A stretch of DNA of 64,000 nucleotides from Cetorhinus maximus (GCF_964194155.1 NC_135888.1:133424001-133488000), one strand, 5' to 3'. Counted from the first letter of the stretch, positions 38,226 through 50,594 are shown. Notes: a model not told the origin generated them from the sequence alone. Program-made: numbers and translations.

Positions 38226-38974
38226 CACAGCATTACCTGCATCAAAACTAACATTACTTGCATCAGTAGCATCGGTCTACTGCATTTCTCCTCTAACTTT
38301 GTGAAACACACACAGGCGACCGTCAAAAATTTAAAACAGAAAAGAATATACAGCATTGAATTACATCAAAATGTTTCCCCTCTCCCTATCTGCTTCTGGG
38401 GTGCGAGAGCGCTGTCCATTGAGCCACGGGCATTAAGGAGATTGGGTAATGTTAGTCCAGGACCCAAAACAAGAGAATTTGTTTTCTGTTTGGAGAACTC
38501 GCTTGATTTACAGCCTGTGGATTTGTGCACAGGCCTCTACTCCATTAATCTTAATGCCTCTGTCTTTAAGTTTATCATCGCTGATCTCTCTGAACCAACT
38601 CACTTGGTGACAGGTTGCTATGTGCAATGCAAAGAACAGGAAGCTTAGTGCTTCTCAATACCTAGAAATTAAAGAAAGTTGGGGATTTCCAAACCAGTTT
38701 CTTTCTTCTCTCTCTGTGCGTGAAACTCTGTTGACCTCAAGAGCAGCTGAACCAGTTCCATGCAAGCAGGCGTCTGACAGAAAATTATTTCCCTAGCCCT
38801 TCAGCAGTCCTCAGAAGCTTTCCATGTAGCTGAGGCCACCCATTAAATGTCACAATGACTACAAGTATATTTACCCTGTGATAATTCTATTCATGGCTGT
38901 CATTAACCTTTTCTTTTCAATGAAAAGACCTGAGTGGAAAGCGCAGCCCCCAGAATGATAACATCAATCAAAGC

Positions 38975-40755
38975 ATAACGATAAACACAACCAGGTCCCA
39001 TCATGATAAACAAAACCAGGTCTCATAACGATAAACACAACCAGGCTCCAGAAACACAACCAGGCTCCAGAAACACAACCAGGCCTCATAAACACAACCA
39101 GGCTCCAGAAACACAACCAGGCTCCATAAACACAACCAGGCCTCATAAACACAACCAGGCCTCATAAACACAACCAGGCCTCATAAACACAACCAGGCTC
39201 CATAAACACAACCAGGCTCCATAAACACAACCAGGCCTCATAAACACAACCAGGCTCCAGAAACACAACCAGGCTCCAGAAACACAACCAGGCTCCATAA
39301 ACACAACCAGGCTCCAGAAACACAACCAGGCTCCAGAAACACAACCAGGCCTCATAAACACAACCAGGCTCCAGAAACACAACCAGGCTCCAGAAACACA
39401 ACCAGGCTCCAGAAACACAACCAGGCTCCATAAACACAACCAGGCTCCAGAAACACAACCAGGCTCCAGAAACACAACCAGGCTCCAGAAACACAACCAG
39501 GTCCCATAAACACAACCAGGCTCCATAAATACAACCAGGTCCCATAATGATAAACACAACCAGGTCTAATAACAATAAACACAACCAGGTCCCATAATGA
39601 TAAACACAACCAGGTCTAATAACAATAAACACAACCATGTCCCATAATGATAAACACAACCTCCCCATAAACACAACCAGGCTCCATAAACACAACCAGG
39701 CTCCAGAAACACAACCAGGCCTCATAAACACAACTAGGCTCCATAAACACAACCAGGCTCCATAAACACAACCAGGCCTCATAAACACAACTAGGCCTCA
39801 TAAACACAACCAGGCTCCATAAACACAACCAGGTCCCATAAACACAACCAGGTCCCATAAACACAACCAGGTCCCATAATGATAAACACAACCAGGTCTA
39901 ATAACAATAAACACAACCAGGTCCCATAATGATAAACACAACCTCCCCATAAACACAACCAGGCTCCATAAACACAACCAGGTCCCATAAACACAACCAG
40001 GTCCCATAATGATAAACACAACCAGGTCTAATAACAATAAACACAACCAGGTCCCATAATGATAAACACAACCTCCCCATAAACACAACCAGGCTCCATA
40101 AACACAACCAGGTCCCATAAACACAACCAGGTCCCATAATGATAAACACAACCAGGTCTAATAACAATAAACACAACTAGATCCTATAATGATAAACGTA
40201 ACCTCCCCATAAACACAACCAGGCTCCATGGCCCCTTAGACAGTACCTTCCAAACTCACCACCACTACCACCTAGACGGACAAGTGCAGCAGATAGATGG
40301 CAACACCGCCACCTGCAAGTTTCCCTCCAAGTCACTCACCATCCTGACTTGGAAATATATCCCCGTTCCTTCACTGTCACTGAGTCAAAATCCTGGAACT
40401 CCCTCCCTAACAGCACTGTGGGTGTACCTACACCACATGCAGCGGTTCAAGAAGGCAGCTCACCCCCACCCTCTCAAGGGCAGCTAGGGATGGGCATAAA
40501 TGCTGGTCCAACCAGCAAAGCCCGCATTCCATAAATGAATTTAAAAAAAGGATAACCACAACCAGGCCCCATAATGATAAACACAACCAGGCCCCATAAT
40601 GATAAACACAACCAGGCCCCATAATGATAAACACAACCAGGCCCCATAATGATAAACACAACCAGGTCCGATAAACACAGCCTGGCCACTTACAGATAAA
40701 CATAACCAGGCCCATAGTGACAAGCACAACCAGGCCCTATAATGATAAACACAAT
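38975..40755. repeat. Minisatellite with core AAACACAACCAGG plus variable 6- or 12-nt tails, interrupted by a LINE
   Basis: Dozens of 19-bp units (tails ctccag/ctccat/tcccat; cctcat) and 25-bp units (tcccataatgat, tctaataacaat, ccccataatgat); exact 130-bp period at 39901/40031/40161. Confidence 0.97.
40230..40550 (+). mobile_element. Family A LINE 3' end inserted in the minisatellite
   Basis: Family 3' UTR and A-rich tail, with satellite units on both sides. Confidence 0.9.
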
Positions 40756-41519
40756 CCCTACCAAAAGCTTTGACATTATTCTGCACGCAACAGTGTTCAT
40801 TTGCACTCATTTGCAATGATCTGTGTTCCAAAGCAATCTTTCAGTCATCATTTGACATCTAATAGTGAGCAAATGAAATCACTGACCTGAAATGAAATCA
40901 CTTAGTGCTCAAACCACATCAATTGTGGACATTTATTTGCCCTCAAAGTGGTCAGAAGTGTTCAGCTGATATCATTGGTGTTCAACTGACACTGTCTGAA
41001 GTTGAAATGACATCACTGTCATCGACAAAGGTATTTTGACAACTTAGAGCTTCAGTTGTGGGAAACCGTTAGCGATCACGATTAACATTTATCTGATTTT
41101 CCAAGGCTCCAGTGTGTAGAGTGTTTAACATCAGTGCACATTCACTGTAGTGATTATTATGGGGTGTGAAAACAAGTGCCTCCCAATTTTCGGGTTAATT
41201 CACCCTGAAGGGTGAAGTGAAGCCAAATCAGTCTCATCATAAGAAAGGTGCGCTGAATCAGGACACATTCACAGGTTTAAAAGCTAATTGGGACGTTAAC
41301 CCCACAGGTACCCCGGAAGATGCGCTGGGGTCACTCTGGAAGTTCACCAGGCAAGGACTGCGCGGGAATTGCCCGGGTTTTAACTTACAATGGGCAATTA
41401 CCCTGCACCTGGGGTACCCCCAAAACTCTGATTTAAATCGGAGACTTCAAATGGTTCCAATTCTCTGAGCAGAATATTCATGCAGGAAATGTTAGAATAT
41501 TTAAAATCACCTCTAACCC

Positions 41520-42300
41520 CTGGGTAAATATGGTACTGAACCACCCCCCAAATCTGTCACCCCATTGGACCCCCAACCACCCACCCAATTACCCCTCAGC
41601 GAGAACTCCCCCAACCCCTCAACTTCCCCCACTACACCCCACCCACCCCAACTAGACCCACCATCCCCGACTACCCCCCATTGACCTCCCAAACCCCCCA
41701 AACCCCTGTTACCCCCGACCCCCACAACCCCTTCCTTCCCCACCTGACCCCCCTCCAAACCCTCCTGACCATCCCCCAACACCCCCAACCACTCCTGGCC
41801 TCCAAGATCCTGCCCGAACCCCCAACGCTTCCTGACCCCCATCCCTCCTGACCCCTCCAACCCCGACCCCCCCATCCCTTCCTGAACAGGAACTGGAGCT
41901 AAGGCCTGCCCTGTGACTGTCCAGCTTATATGGGACCAGTGAATGCGGTGAGTGAAAGCTCGAGGCTTGAGGATGGTGGGGGCAGTCGAGGCTTGTGAAG
42001 GGGGAGGGGGGATCTGAGGCTTGAGGAGGAGTGAGGAGGCCTGAGGCTTGAGAACGGGGGGGGGGGAAGTTCCGAGACTTGGGGTGAGGGGGAGGCCCGA
42101 GACTTGTCAGGGGGAAAGGACCGAGACTTTGAGGGTGAGGATGGGCAGAGGGTAGGCTCTGAGGCTGGGATGGGGGTCCATGCAAGTACATTTGTGGCAG
42201 GCCTGAGGGGGAGGGGAAGGGTCCAGGCCAGCCTGAGTGTTGGGTGTTGTGAAATTCCGGCAGGGGAAGGGAGATCAGGAAAGAATTGGAAGGCGGGGGT
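41520..42300. repeat. C-rich low-complexity tract (41540-41880) followed by a G-rich gaggcttg/gagacttg tract (41960-42300)
   Basis: Strand composition visibly switches around 41900. Confidence 0.7.
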
Positions 42301-42398
42301 GAACCACAAGATTGTGGCTTTGAGCCATGCATTAGGCAGTATATTTTTTAAAAATTTTTATTCACAGTGCACTTTTACCTTTTTCCCATCTTTCCCCT

Positions 42399-42640
42399 TT
42401 AGGCATAAACCTTCCTGGGATGTCCGGTTTTCTTCGGCACTAGCATGGCATAGGTGTTGGATAGCAACCCAGCCTGGGCTACGGTGACTCCTCCCAGCAG
42501 CTTGTTGAGCTCCCCGACGTTGTGGATGGGCGAGCTACAGATGGCGGTGGGTGATGCAGGTCATCTTGTTGTCCCAGGCCATGTTGCCTGCCCGCTCTTG
42601 GATCTCGGTGATCAGGTACTCGAGAAGCCGGCAGATGAGG
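42399..42640 (-). pseudogene. H2A: Histone H2A pseudogene fragment (C-terminal ~80 codons; one nonsense codon, one +1 frameshift)
   Basis: Reads [74 protein letters not shown] versus canonical [67 protein letters not shown]. Confidence 0.93.
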
Positions 42641-42641
42641 G

Positions 42642-42830
42642 CTGTTAGGAAGGGAGTTCCAGGATTTTGACCTAGCGAGAGTGAAGGAATGGCAATATAA
42701 TTCCAAGTCAGGGTGGTGAGTGGATTGGAGGGGAACTTGCAGGCGGTGGTGTTCCCATGCATCTGATGCCCTTGTCCTTCTAGATGGTAGAGGTCATGGG
42801 TTTGGAAGGTGCTGTCGAAGAGTCTTGGTT
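42642..42830 (-). mobile_element. Family A LINE fragment abutting the truncated 5' end of the H2A piece
   Basis: tgttaggaagggagttccaggattttgacc.. is homologous to 3000-3190. Confidence 0.85.
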
Positions 42831-43589
42831 AATTGGTGAGTTGCTAGCTTCTAATTTCATTATGTACTTTTAAATTTAATTCCACGACTCTCTTATTTCT
42901 CAATGGTGCAACATTTACTTTGTTACTTTTGCTGTTGACCATTTCCTTACCCCTCCTCCTTGTTTATCCCTTGAGTTGGTGACCCTGGTGGAGTTGGCAC
43001 AGCAGAGACACCGGACGATGATCAGGAGGAAGAGATAAGGTGCCAGCTGAAATGGAAAGGTTCAGGGAAGTTATTGGGAGAAGCTTCGAAAATAAGTGGT
43101 AATATTTGTTTATTTTTTCCATCGTAACATGTAGGAAGCTGCAGTGATATTCTTCTGATCACTTTGATGTCTAATGATTGCATTTGATGCCTGTGATGCC
43201 TAATGATCACTTTCGATCGTGAATGATCAACTCCACAAATTTAACAAACTGCGATGGCTTTTGAGCGCTTTTAAGTGCATTAATGACTCCTGGAGTAGGA
43301 GGATCTGGATGTTAATTGAGCCATTAGCTCATGACCATAGGCCCCATTGTGATAGACTCAAACCAAGCCCAATGGTGACAGATACCAAAAAAGGTTATGG
43401 ATACCAATCAATGCTTATAGGTCACAGACATTGCCAGACACTTGTTATAAGAGAAAAGGGAATTTCATTTATATAGCACCTTTCTCAATCTCGGGAGATG
43501 CTTGCTCTTGTTGGAGTAGTGTCATGGTGCCCTTTACCCCCACTTGGAGAGCAGGCAGGACCTCTGTTTAACCTCATCTCTGAATGACA

Positions 43590-44460
43590 GCAACATCAAC
43601 AACAACAACAACTTATATTTATATAGCGCCTCTAACTTACTGAACCTGCAGGGTGCTCACAGGAGCCTTATCAAACAAAGTGTGACATAAGCCACTAAGG
43701 AGCTATATCCCTAATATAACATATATTAGGTCAGATGACCAAAAGCTTGGTCAAAGAGGTAGGTTTCAAGAAGTGTCCCAAAGGAGGAAAGTGAAGTCGG
43801 TCGAGGCGGAGGGGTGATGGGAGGACATCTCAGAGTTTGGGGCCATGGCAACTGATGGCATGGCCAGCAATGGCAGTGCAACTTAAACTGGCAACACACA
43901 AGAGGTAAGGCTTAGAGGAATGCTGATATCTCCGAAGATTGTGGAGGAGACTACAGAGATAGGGGGGATGAGGCCATGGAGGGATTTGAAAATGAGGACA
44001 AGAAGTTTAAAATCAAGACACTGCTTGGCTGGGAGCCAATCCAGGTCAGCGAGCACGGGGGTGGTAGGGGAATGGGGCTTGCTGTGAGTTAAGGCGCATG
44101 CAGGCAGCTTGGCTGTAAGTTTATGGAGGGTAGAATGTGGGAGACCAGGAGCGTGTTGAAATAGTCAAGTCTGGAGGTGACAAGACATGGATGAGTTTCA
44201 GGAGCAGATGAGCTGAGATAGGTGTGGAGTCAGGCGATGTTACAGAGGTGGAAAGAGGCGGTCTTCATGGTAATGTGAATATGAGGTCGGAACCTCATCT
44301 CAGGGTGAAACGTCACACCAAGTTTGTGAACAGGCTGGCTTAATCTCAGACTGTTGCCAAGGAGAGGGATGGAGTCGGTAAGTAGGTAATGAGGTTTGGG
44401 ATGAGTCCAATAAACAATGGCTTCAATCTTACCAATATTTAATTGGAAGAAATTTCTGCT
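43590..44460 (-). mobile_element. L2 LINE 3' portion with an (aac)n tail
   Basis: aacaacaacttatatttatatagcgcc..atagtcaagtctggaggtgac (VTSRLDY)..aattggaagaaatt. Confidence 0.85.
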
Positions 44461-44909
44461 TTGTGACTTTGATAAGAGCTGCTTTGTTTCTTTGGCAGGG
44501 ACAGATTGGAGGGATTTAGGCGTAATATCTCAGCACCCTCTCAGTACCATTAGCAGAAGAAACATCAGGAAAGAACAGACGAGGTGGAATGGATGGGCGG
44601 ACAGTATCAGAAAGAGGGAGGAATAGCAGCTGTGTGCAGAATTGCAGTGAATAGACAGATGTCAAAGGCCCCTGGGGCTGATTATGGATAGATGGGTCGA
44701 GGTCATAAATATAAGTTTTTCACTAATGAGTTAAACAAGGAATTCAGAGCCTTCTTAGCCAAGAGAGAGGTGAAATGTGGGACTTGAGTTATAACAATCA
44801 GGAAAGATTGAACAGGCTGGACCTCTTTCCTCTAGAAAGGGGAAGGATGAGAGGTAACCTGATAGAGGAACTCAGGAATTAAGAAACATCTTTAGTAGTA
44901 CAGAACTTG

Positions 44910-45470
44910 AGTATTGCTGAAAAAAGAGACATACCTAAGCCTTTCGTCTTGCATTCATCAGGACACTTGCAAGAAAACCAATATAAGGGTGAAAACAACA
45001 ATTTATACTGCATGTAAGAGAGTGCTGATTGGTTGGCAAGTGGCATTGCCATGGCAAATGCACCACTGATGGTAACTGACAGTTAACTGCCAAGAATTGT
45101 TTGAATTTTAAACCAGGCAGCTTGACCCCCTGACTGGTCAAGACATTTCCCTGAGGAATGAGTCAGCAAATGGCTGTCACTTGTTTTGTTTAGCTGAAAC
45201 AGGTGCAATGTGTGTACATGTTCTTTCTGTCTGCAAAGAACAGGGCCCCGTGTAATAATATATGTAGCTTCCAGTACACACAAATGTGCCACACTACGAG
45301 CCCGAATGACAGCCTTAAATTGGTTGTCAGCGTAATTCTTAGCACACTGAGGATTATTTAGCAAACGTTGTCCAATCGCGGAATCACATCTAATGTTGGA
45401 CACTGTGTTTTGAGTTTTGCAAGCAGGGGCTGGTTGGGTTCGGTCTGTACCCTGCCCGTTGCGAACAGCA
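44910..45470 (-). mobile_element. Penelope-like element 3' end (GIY-YIG C-terminus plus pseudo-LTR with hammerhead), nested in a CR1 fragment
   Basis: ORF DSAIGQRLLNNPQCAKNY..FKAVIRARSVAHLCVLEATYI...PVLCRQKE is the typical Penelope endonuclease tail; minus strand gtc-CTGATGA-atgcaagac-GAAA-ggct-ta at 44933-44966. Confidence 0.88.
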
Positions 45471-46259
45471 GCAAAGTGTCTTTACCCAGAGGCTGATGAG
45501 AGTCGGGAACTCGCTACCCCGCAGCGTGGCTAAGGTGAGTAACATAGATACATATGAGGGGAATCGGGATAAACATAGTAGGGAGAACAGAATAGAAGTA
45601 TATGCAAACAGTGTGGGATAACATCAGTTGGTAGGATCGAGGTTTGTATGGAGCTTAAACTACAGGCCTGGATCCATTGGGTTGATTGCCTGTTTCTCCA
45701 CTTTAAATACAGTGTATTTCAATGAAAAACCTTCTCTTTGGCTCCACTCTTTCTGGATGTGCTTCAATCTTTTGTTCCCCGTGGTTTCCAGCCTGTTTTT
45801 TTCCACCTCAAGAGATGGCTTAATTTCAAATTCTGTCACCAGTACTCTCCTCAATCTTGTAATCCCTCTGGTGCCTTTACTGTGCTGCAATATATAATCC
45901 ACTTTAAATCAGAGATCGTCCTGTTAATTCCTTTTTTCCTGTTTACCTGGCTCAGGTACCAGCCATTGCTGAATTAGGGACAGCTAAATGTTATTTGCTA
46001 AAAATTTGATCCAGACAGGATTTAGAAGTTGTTCCCATGTGTTAAAAGGCCTGTGTATTATCCGCTCTACTGCCAACTCCCTCAGACTTATAATGTAAAA
46101 AATGTACAACAATAAAGACGGAACATAGGAACAGCAGTAGGCCATTCTGTCCCTCAAACCTGTTCTGCCATTCAGTTAGTTCAATGGCGATTTGTATCTT
46201 AACTCTATCGACCCGCCTGGGCTCCGTAGTTGGTGATTCACATGCCATGATGATTAAGG

Positions 46260-46955
46260 AAAGACATACATTTATATAGCACCTTTCACCACTGCAGGAG
46301 AACCCAAAGTGCTTTTAACAAATGTGGAAATTCTTTTGCTGTTGTAATTTAAGAACCAGAGCAGCGCAGTCACACACAGCGAGAGCCCATGAATAGCGAT
46401 GTGATAATAACAAGATAATCTGTTTTAGGATAATCTGTCCCAGGATACAGGGTGAACGCCACCCCCCCACTCCCGTGCCCCCTGCTCTTTGACAAGTCAA
46501 TGCAGTGGATCTTGCACATTCACCTGAGAGGGCAGATGAGGGCTTTGGTTTACTGTCTCACCTCAACATCTGGAACAGCTCCGACAGTGCAGCAATCCCT
46601 CAACCAGAACAGAAAATGCTGGAAAAAACTCAGCAGGCCTGACAGCATCTGTGGAGAGAGAAGCAGAGATAACGTTTCGAGTCCGTATGACCCTCCTTTC
46701 GAGCTCTGAAGAAGAGACATGTGGACTCGGAATGTTAACTCTGTTTCTCTCTCCACAGTTGATGTCAGACCTGCTGAGTTTTTCCCAGCATTTTCTGTTT
46801 TGTTTCAGATTTCCAGCATCTGCAGCATTTTGCTTTTATCTCGGCAGTCCCTCAGCGTTGGCACTGGGAGTGTCAGCCTGGATGATATGCTCAATTCCCA
46901 GCAGTAGGGGCTTGAACCCATGACCTTCTGAGTCAGAGACCAGAGCCATAGCCGA
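46260..46955 (-). mobile_element. Deu-domain SINE split by a palindromic insertion
   Basis: Tail catttatatagcacctttcac, core and tRNA head cttgaacccatgaccttctga are all present. Confidence 0.8.
46603..46843. mobile_element. Palindromic Penelope-derived element (inverted pseudo-LTRs, one degenerate hammerhead per arm)
   Basis: aacagaaaatgctggaaaaactcagcagg..aacgtttcgagtc..gagctc..gactcggaatgtt..cctgctgagttttcccagcattttctgtt; TSD gcaatccctca (46592-46602) / gcagtccctca (46844-46854). Confidence 0.8.
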
Positions 46956-47412
46956 CATTGTGAACAAGTACATTCTGTCCCCTTACCCAATCAGCACAAG
47001 AACAGATTTCAATCAACAGTGTTGATTAATCAGCTTTTCTGGAAATCCCCTTTTTAAATACTGTAACAGGATAGGAATTCAGGAATAGAGTAGGAAGTTA
47101 CTGGCCAGCTTAACTGCTTACAACTTAACCGTTTACAATATTCCTCACAACCGATACGTAAGCCAATAAACAAAACGTTTTCCTCATTAAGAAATAAAAG
47201 CAAAGGGCCAGAGTTTACAGAGTTGAACATAAACAGGATTGAAAAGAGTGAGACGATAGGAAAATGGGAACGGGAGGATGTCGTTTAACTCTTAACTCCA
47301 TTTACCCACCCTAGTTCCAAAATTCTTACTATCCATGCCCAAGAAAATCCTATTAATCTCAGATTTGAGATTAATTGAACCCCAGCCTCAACAACCTTTT
47401 GGGGGAGAGAGA

Positions 47413-48727
47413 GGGCGGAATTTTCCCGTGCCCGCTGGTGTCGAGCATCATGGCGGGGGCGTGAGTGGGGACAATATGGCAGGAAGGCCGAAAATCGGTT
47501 TCACGCCATCGTGAAACCAGTTTGTGGTCATCCGCTCTGCCCATCGATGGCAGGCCTTGTTTCCTGCTGCCAGACATTATGACCTTAATTTTAACACATC
47601 TGCATATCATTATAAGCCCTGCTAACCAGGATCAGACCCCCCCACGCTGGATCATCCGATCACATCGGTGTGACTGCACGCCAACGTGTTTCACAACTGC
47701 GCAGAAGCAACATGCACCTGGTGAGCTGCACTTCGCTTGGGACTTTGAGGTTTGTTTGCCAACCTTGCTTCGGTCAGCACTTGCGGCCATCAGCGCCAGG
47801 CTTCACATAAAGCACCACTTCCCTTTGAGGAGGGCTCTCGGGCAGGTCTCTACCCACAAGACCAGCCGTACGGCGGGGGTGGCTTTTCAATGGTTGTAAG
47901 GCTAGGGCTTGTTTGGGAAAAAGGGGAGAACTGGCAACAGGCAGAGGAAGAGGCTGCAGGGCGAGGGCTACACTGGGGAAGGGGGGGTATCCCAGGGTGT
48001 GTGTGGGGGGCACATGTTGACCTGTGTGAGTGGCCTCAAGATGGTGAGGACTGAGGAGGGAATCTCCAGCGGAGATGAAGCCAGATGGAGATGTGAGGGT
48101 GTGTGTGAGAGAGTGAGTGGTGATGTCCCTTGAGCTGGCAGTGAATGAGATGCCAGTGAATGTGTGATGGGCTTGTGAGTGGGTGAGTTTAGAGTGATGA
48201 GATGGTTGCCTTACCCTGGCTGCACGGCTGAGATCATTCGCCCTCTTTCTGCACTGGATGGCCGACCTCTTCTGTGCAGCGTTGGCACCGACCACCAGTG
48301 CCACCGCCTCCCAAGCCGGCATGGTGAGATTGCTGGACCTCTTATGGCCAGAGTGGGGCGTAGGGGACATCACGGCGGCCCCTCCGAAAGGCATTCCAGT
48401 GACGGGTCACTGAACTCTTCTTGGTTTTCAGGGCCGTGTCTTCAGTGGAGCAGTCCTGGGCTGCAAGCATTGAGAACCGTGTGTGCGGCTGGAGTTCAGA
48501 TCTGGCCCCCGGAGTGAGGAAATGGCGAGGTAACGGTGTGGGGGGGGTGGGGGGGGGGCGATACAGAGGCTGCCAGCCAGCGAGTCGGCGTGTTTCCTGT
48601 GGCTGCATAATTAATGAGGCAGGAAGCAGACGACACAGCGTGAAAAGCCGCCATTGCAGCTGGCGCATAAAGCGTCCTTTTTCCCGCCCACTATCGCACT
48701 TAGTGCAAACCTGGGATGATTCCACCC
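47413..48727 (-). mobile_element. Non-autonomous Harbinger element retaining Myb exon 1 and its intron, nested in a minus-strand CR1 (~47300-49085)
   Basis: TIRs GGGCGGAATTTTCCC / GGGATGATTCCACCC; AWEAVALVVGANAAQKRSAIQCRKRANDLSRAAR|gtaagg; the intron is homologous to 19633-19860. Confidence 0.88.
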
Positions 48728-49085
48728 AAAGTTCCAAGCTTCCACTGCCCTTTGTGTGAAGAGGTCTTCCTGACAACACCCCTGAATGGCCTGGTTCTAA
48801 TTTTAAGGTGAAACCCTCTTGCTCTGGACTCCCTCATAGAGGAATTAGTTTCTCTCTATCTGCCCTCTCAAATCATTTAATCACCTTAAACGCAAATTCC
48901 TTAATTTTCAACGCTCAGTGGAACACAAGCCTAGTTTAGACAACTTGCTCTCATAATTTAACCTCTTAGTTCTGATATCATTCTGGTGAATCTGCTTTGC
49001 ACACCCTCCATGGCCAGTATATCCTCGCTGAGGTGTGGACACCAGAACTGAACACAGTTACTCCAGGTGTGCTCTAACCAGGCCT

Positions 49086-49439
49086 TAGGGTTCTCAACCC
49101 TCCAGGATTGGCCTGGAGTCTCCAGCAATTGAAGATCAATCTCCAGGAGACTGCTGTGTGCAACCCTGGAGAAAAATCATCGGGACATTACAAAGGATTG
49201 TTTCATTTGTCATTTTCTTTGAACATTTCCCTTTACCAGGTATAAAACATTGAAAATGGGATATTAGGCTGTTTGACTGACAGTCAACATCATCCAGTTG
49301 GGTAACTCTGCTTTCCAATTGGTGTAGGAAGGCAGTGCGTCACAAGGATGGACGTGTTGGTCGACTAATGGCTGGAGCGTGGCGGCAAGTCATGTGATGA
49401 AACCTCCAGGAATATATTTAATCACAGTTGGCAACCCTA
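49086..49439. mobile_element. MITE with hAT-like TIRs (TAGGGTTGCCAAC type)
   Basis: tagggttctcaac ... gttggcaacccta. No 8-bp TSD recognisable. Confidence 0.65.
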
Positions 49440-50594
49440 GCAGAACTTTATAAAACTGTAACATAACTTTCATCCTTTGGGGTGTAAGGGATTATGTAGT
49501 TGAAGGAATGTAAATGTAGTGATGGGTTCTTATGAATGAGAGTGTTTTTTAATAAAAAATAAAGTCTGTAAGAGACATTAGAACTTTGTTTCATTTCATG
49601 GGTCCTAAGGTCTGCCCATGGTGGATACTGGGTGAGTTGGCACGGAGAGCGTGAGGTAAAAGGATGGTGGATGGGGGCATGGGTTGGCATGAGTTGGCAC
49701 TAAGTTGGAAAAAAGGCTATAGAGGACCGGGAGTTGGGTAGTGGGGCAAATGTTGACATAGGGACTATAAAAGAGTCATGGGATGCGTAGAGAGGCATAG
49801 GTTGGCTGGAAGGTATGGATTCCATGGGTAGCGGGTGGAGGACATATGTTGGCATAGGGGCTATAAAGGGCTGCGGGTGGATAAACAAAAGCTACATCAC
49901 CGTGATGTCACTCACTGAGTGAGGATTCTGAGTACCACCTCAGAGGACAGCTCTAGCTGCATGTTAGTCCAACTGAAGCTTTGCAAATAGTTAGCATGTA
50001 AATAAATGTTTTTGAACAACGACCTGCGCCTCCAGCGAGATCCCTTATAGAATAAGAGGCTAATGGATCCCAGGGCAAAAAACCCACGGTAACAGATGGT
50101 GGCAGCGATAACAACACCCACAGCAAAATGGTAGAAAGTGGCGGGAAAAGCCTCAAGGGAAGCTCAGTGGGTGAAGGATTTTGAGGCCAACTCAGCAACC
50201 ACACCAGAGACGGCCCAGTAGTGGCGGCAGACCAGTACAGGATAAGCAGCGCAGGAAAAGACATCTCCGGTTCTAGGTGAGCAATGGCAACTACTTTGCC
50301 CCAACCAGAATCCTTTCATTCTGAGGGCCCCAGACACGCTGAGCAATGGCAAAATTGGCGAAAATGTTTTACCTGATACCGCAATGCTTCGGGCCTCACA
50401 GCCAAAGAAAACAAAGGTAGAGTTAGCTCTTTGTTATATACTGTTGGGAGCATAGTGGACAACGTGCTCACCAGACAAGGGGTGAACAAAAGAGACAGCC
50501 TCCTGTGACCATGTCATCGGAGCTCTAGACTCATACTTCAGTCTTCATAAAAATATTGTTCTTGAGAGGGCAAAGTTTAACTCGTGCAGTCATG

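Noticed and set aside
38975-40755. CRISPR-like array or repetitive protein gene (long minus-strand ORFs, MEPGCVSGAWLCFWSLVVF)
   Set aside because: The 'spacers' are 6-12 nt and reused, there are no cas genes and the context is eukaryotic. The ORFs arise in all frames simply because the 19-bp unit lacks stops.
42970-43005. Short similarity to 62250-62285 (gagttggt.accctgg...ttggca)
   Set aside because: Only ~30 bp, resembles a generic hAT TIR word, and has no extension or partner TIR.
45660-45902. 80-aa minus-strand ORF in semi-unique DNA
   Set aside because: No recognisable domain or convincing splice sites, and it overlaps a CR1 tail.
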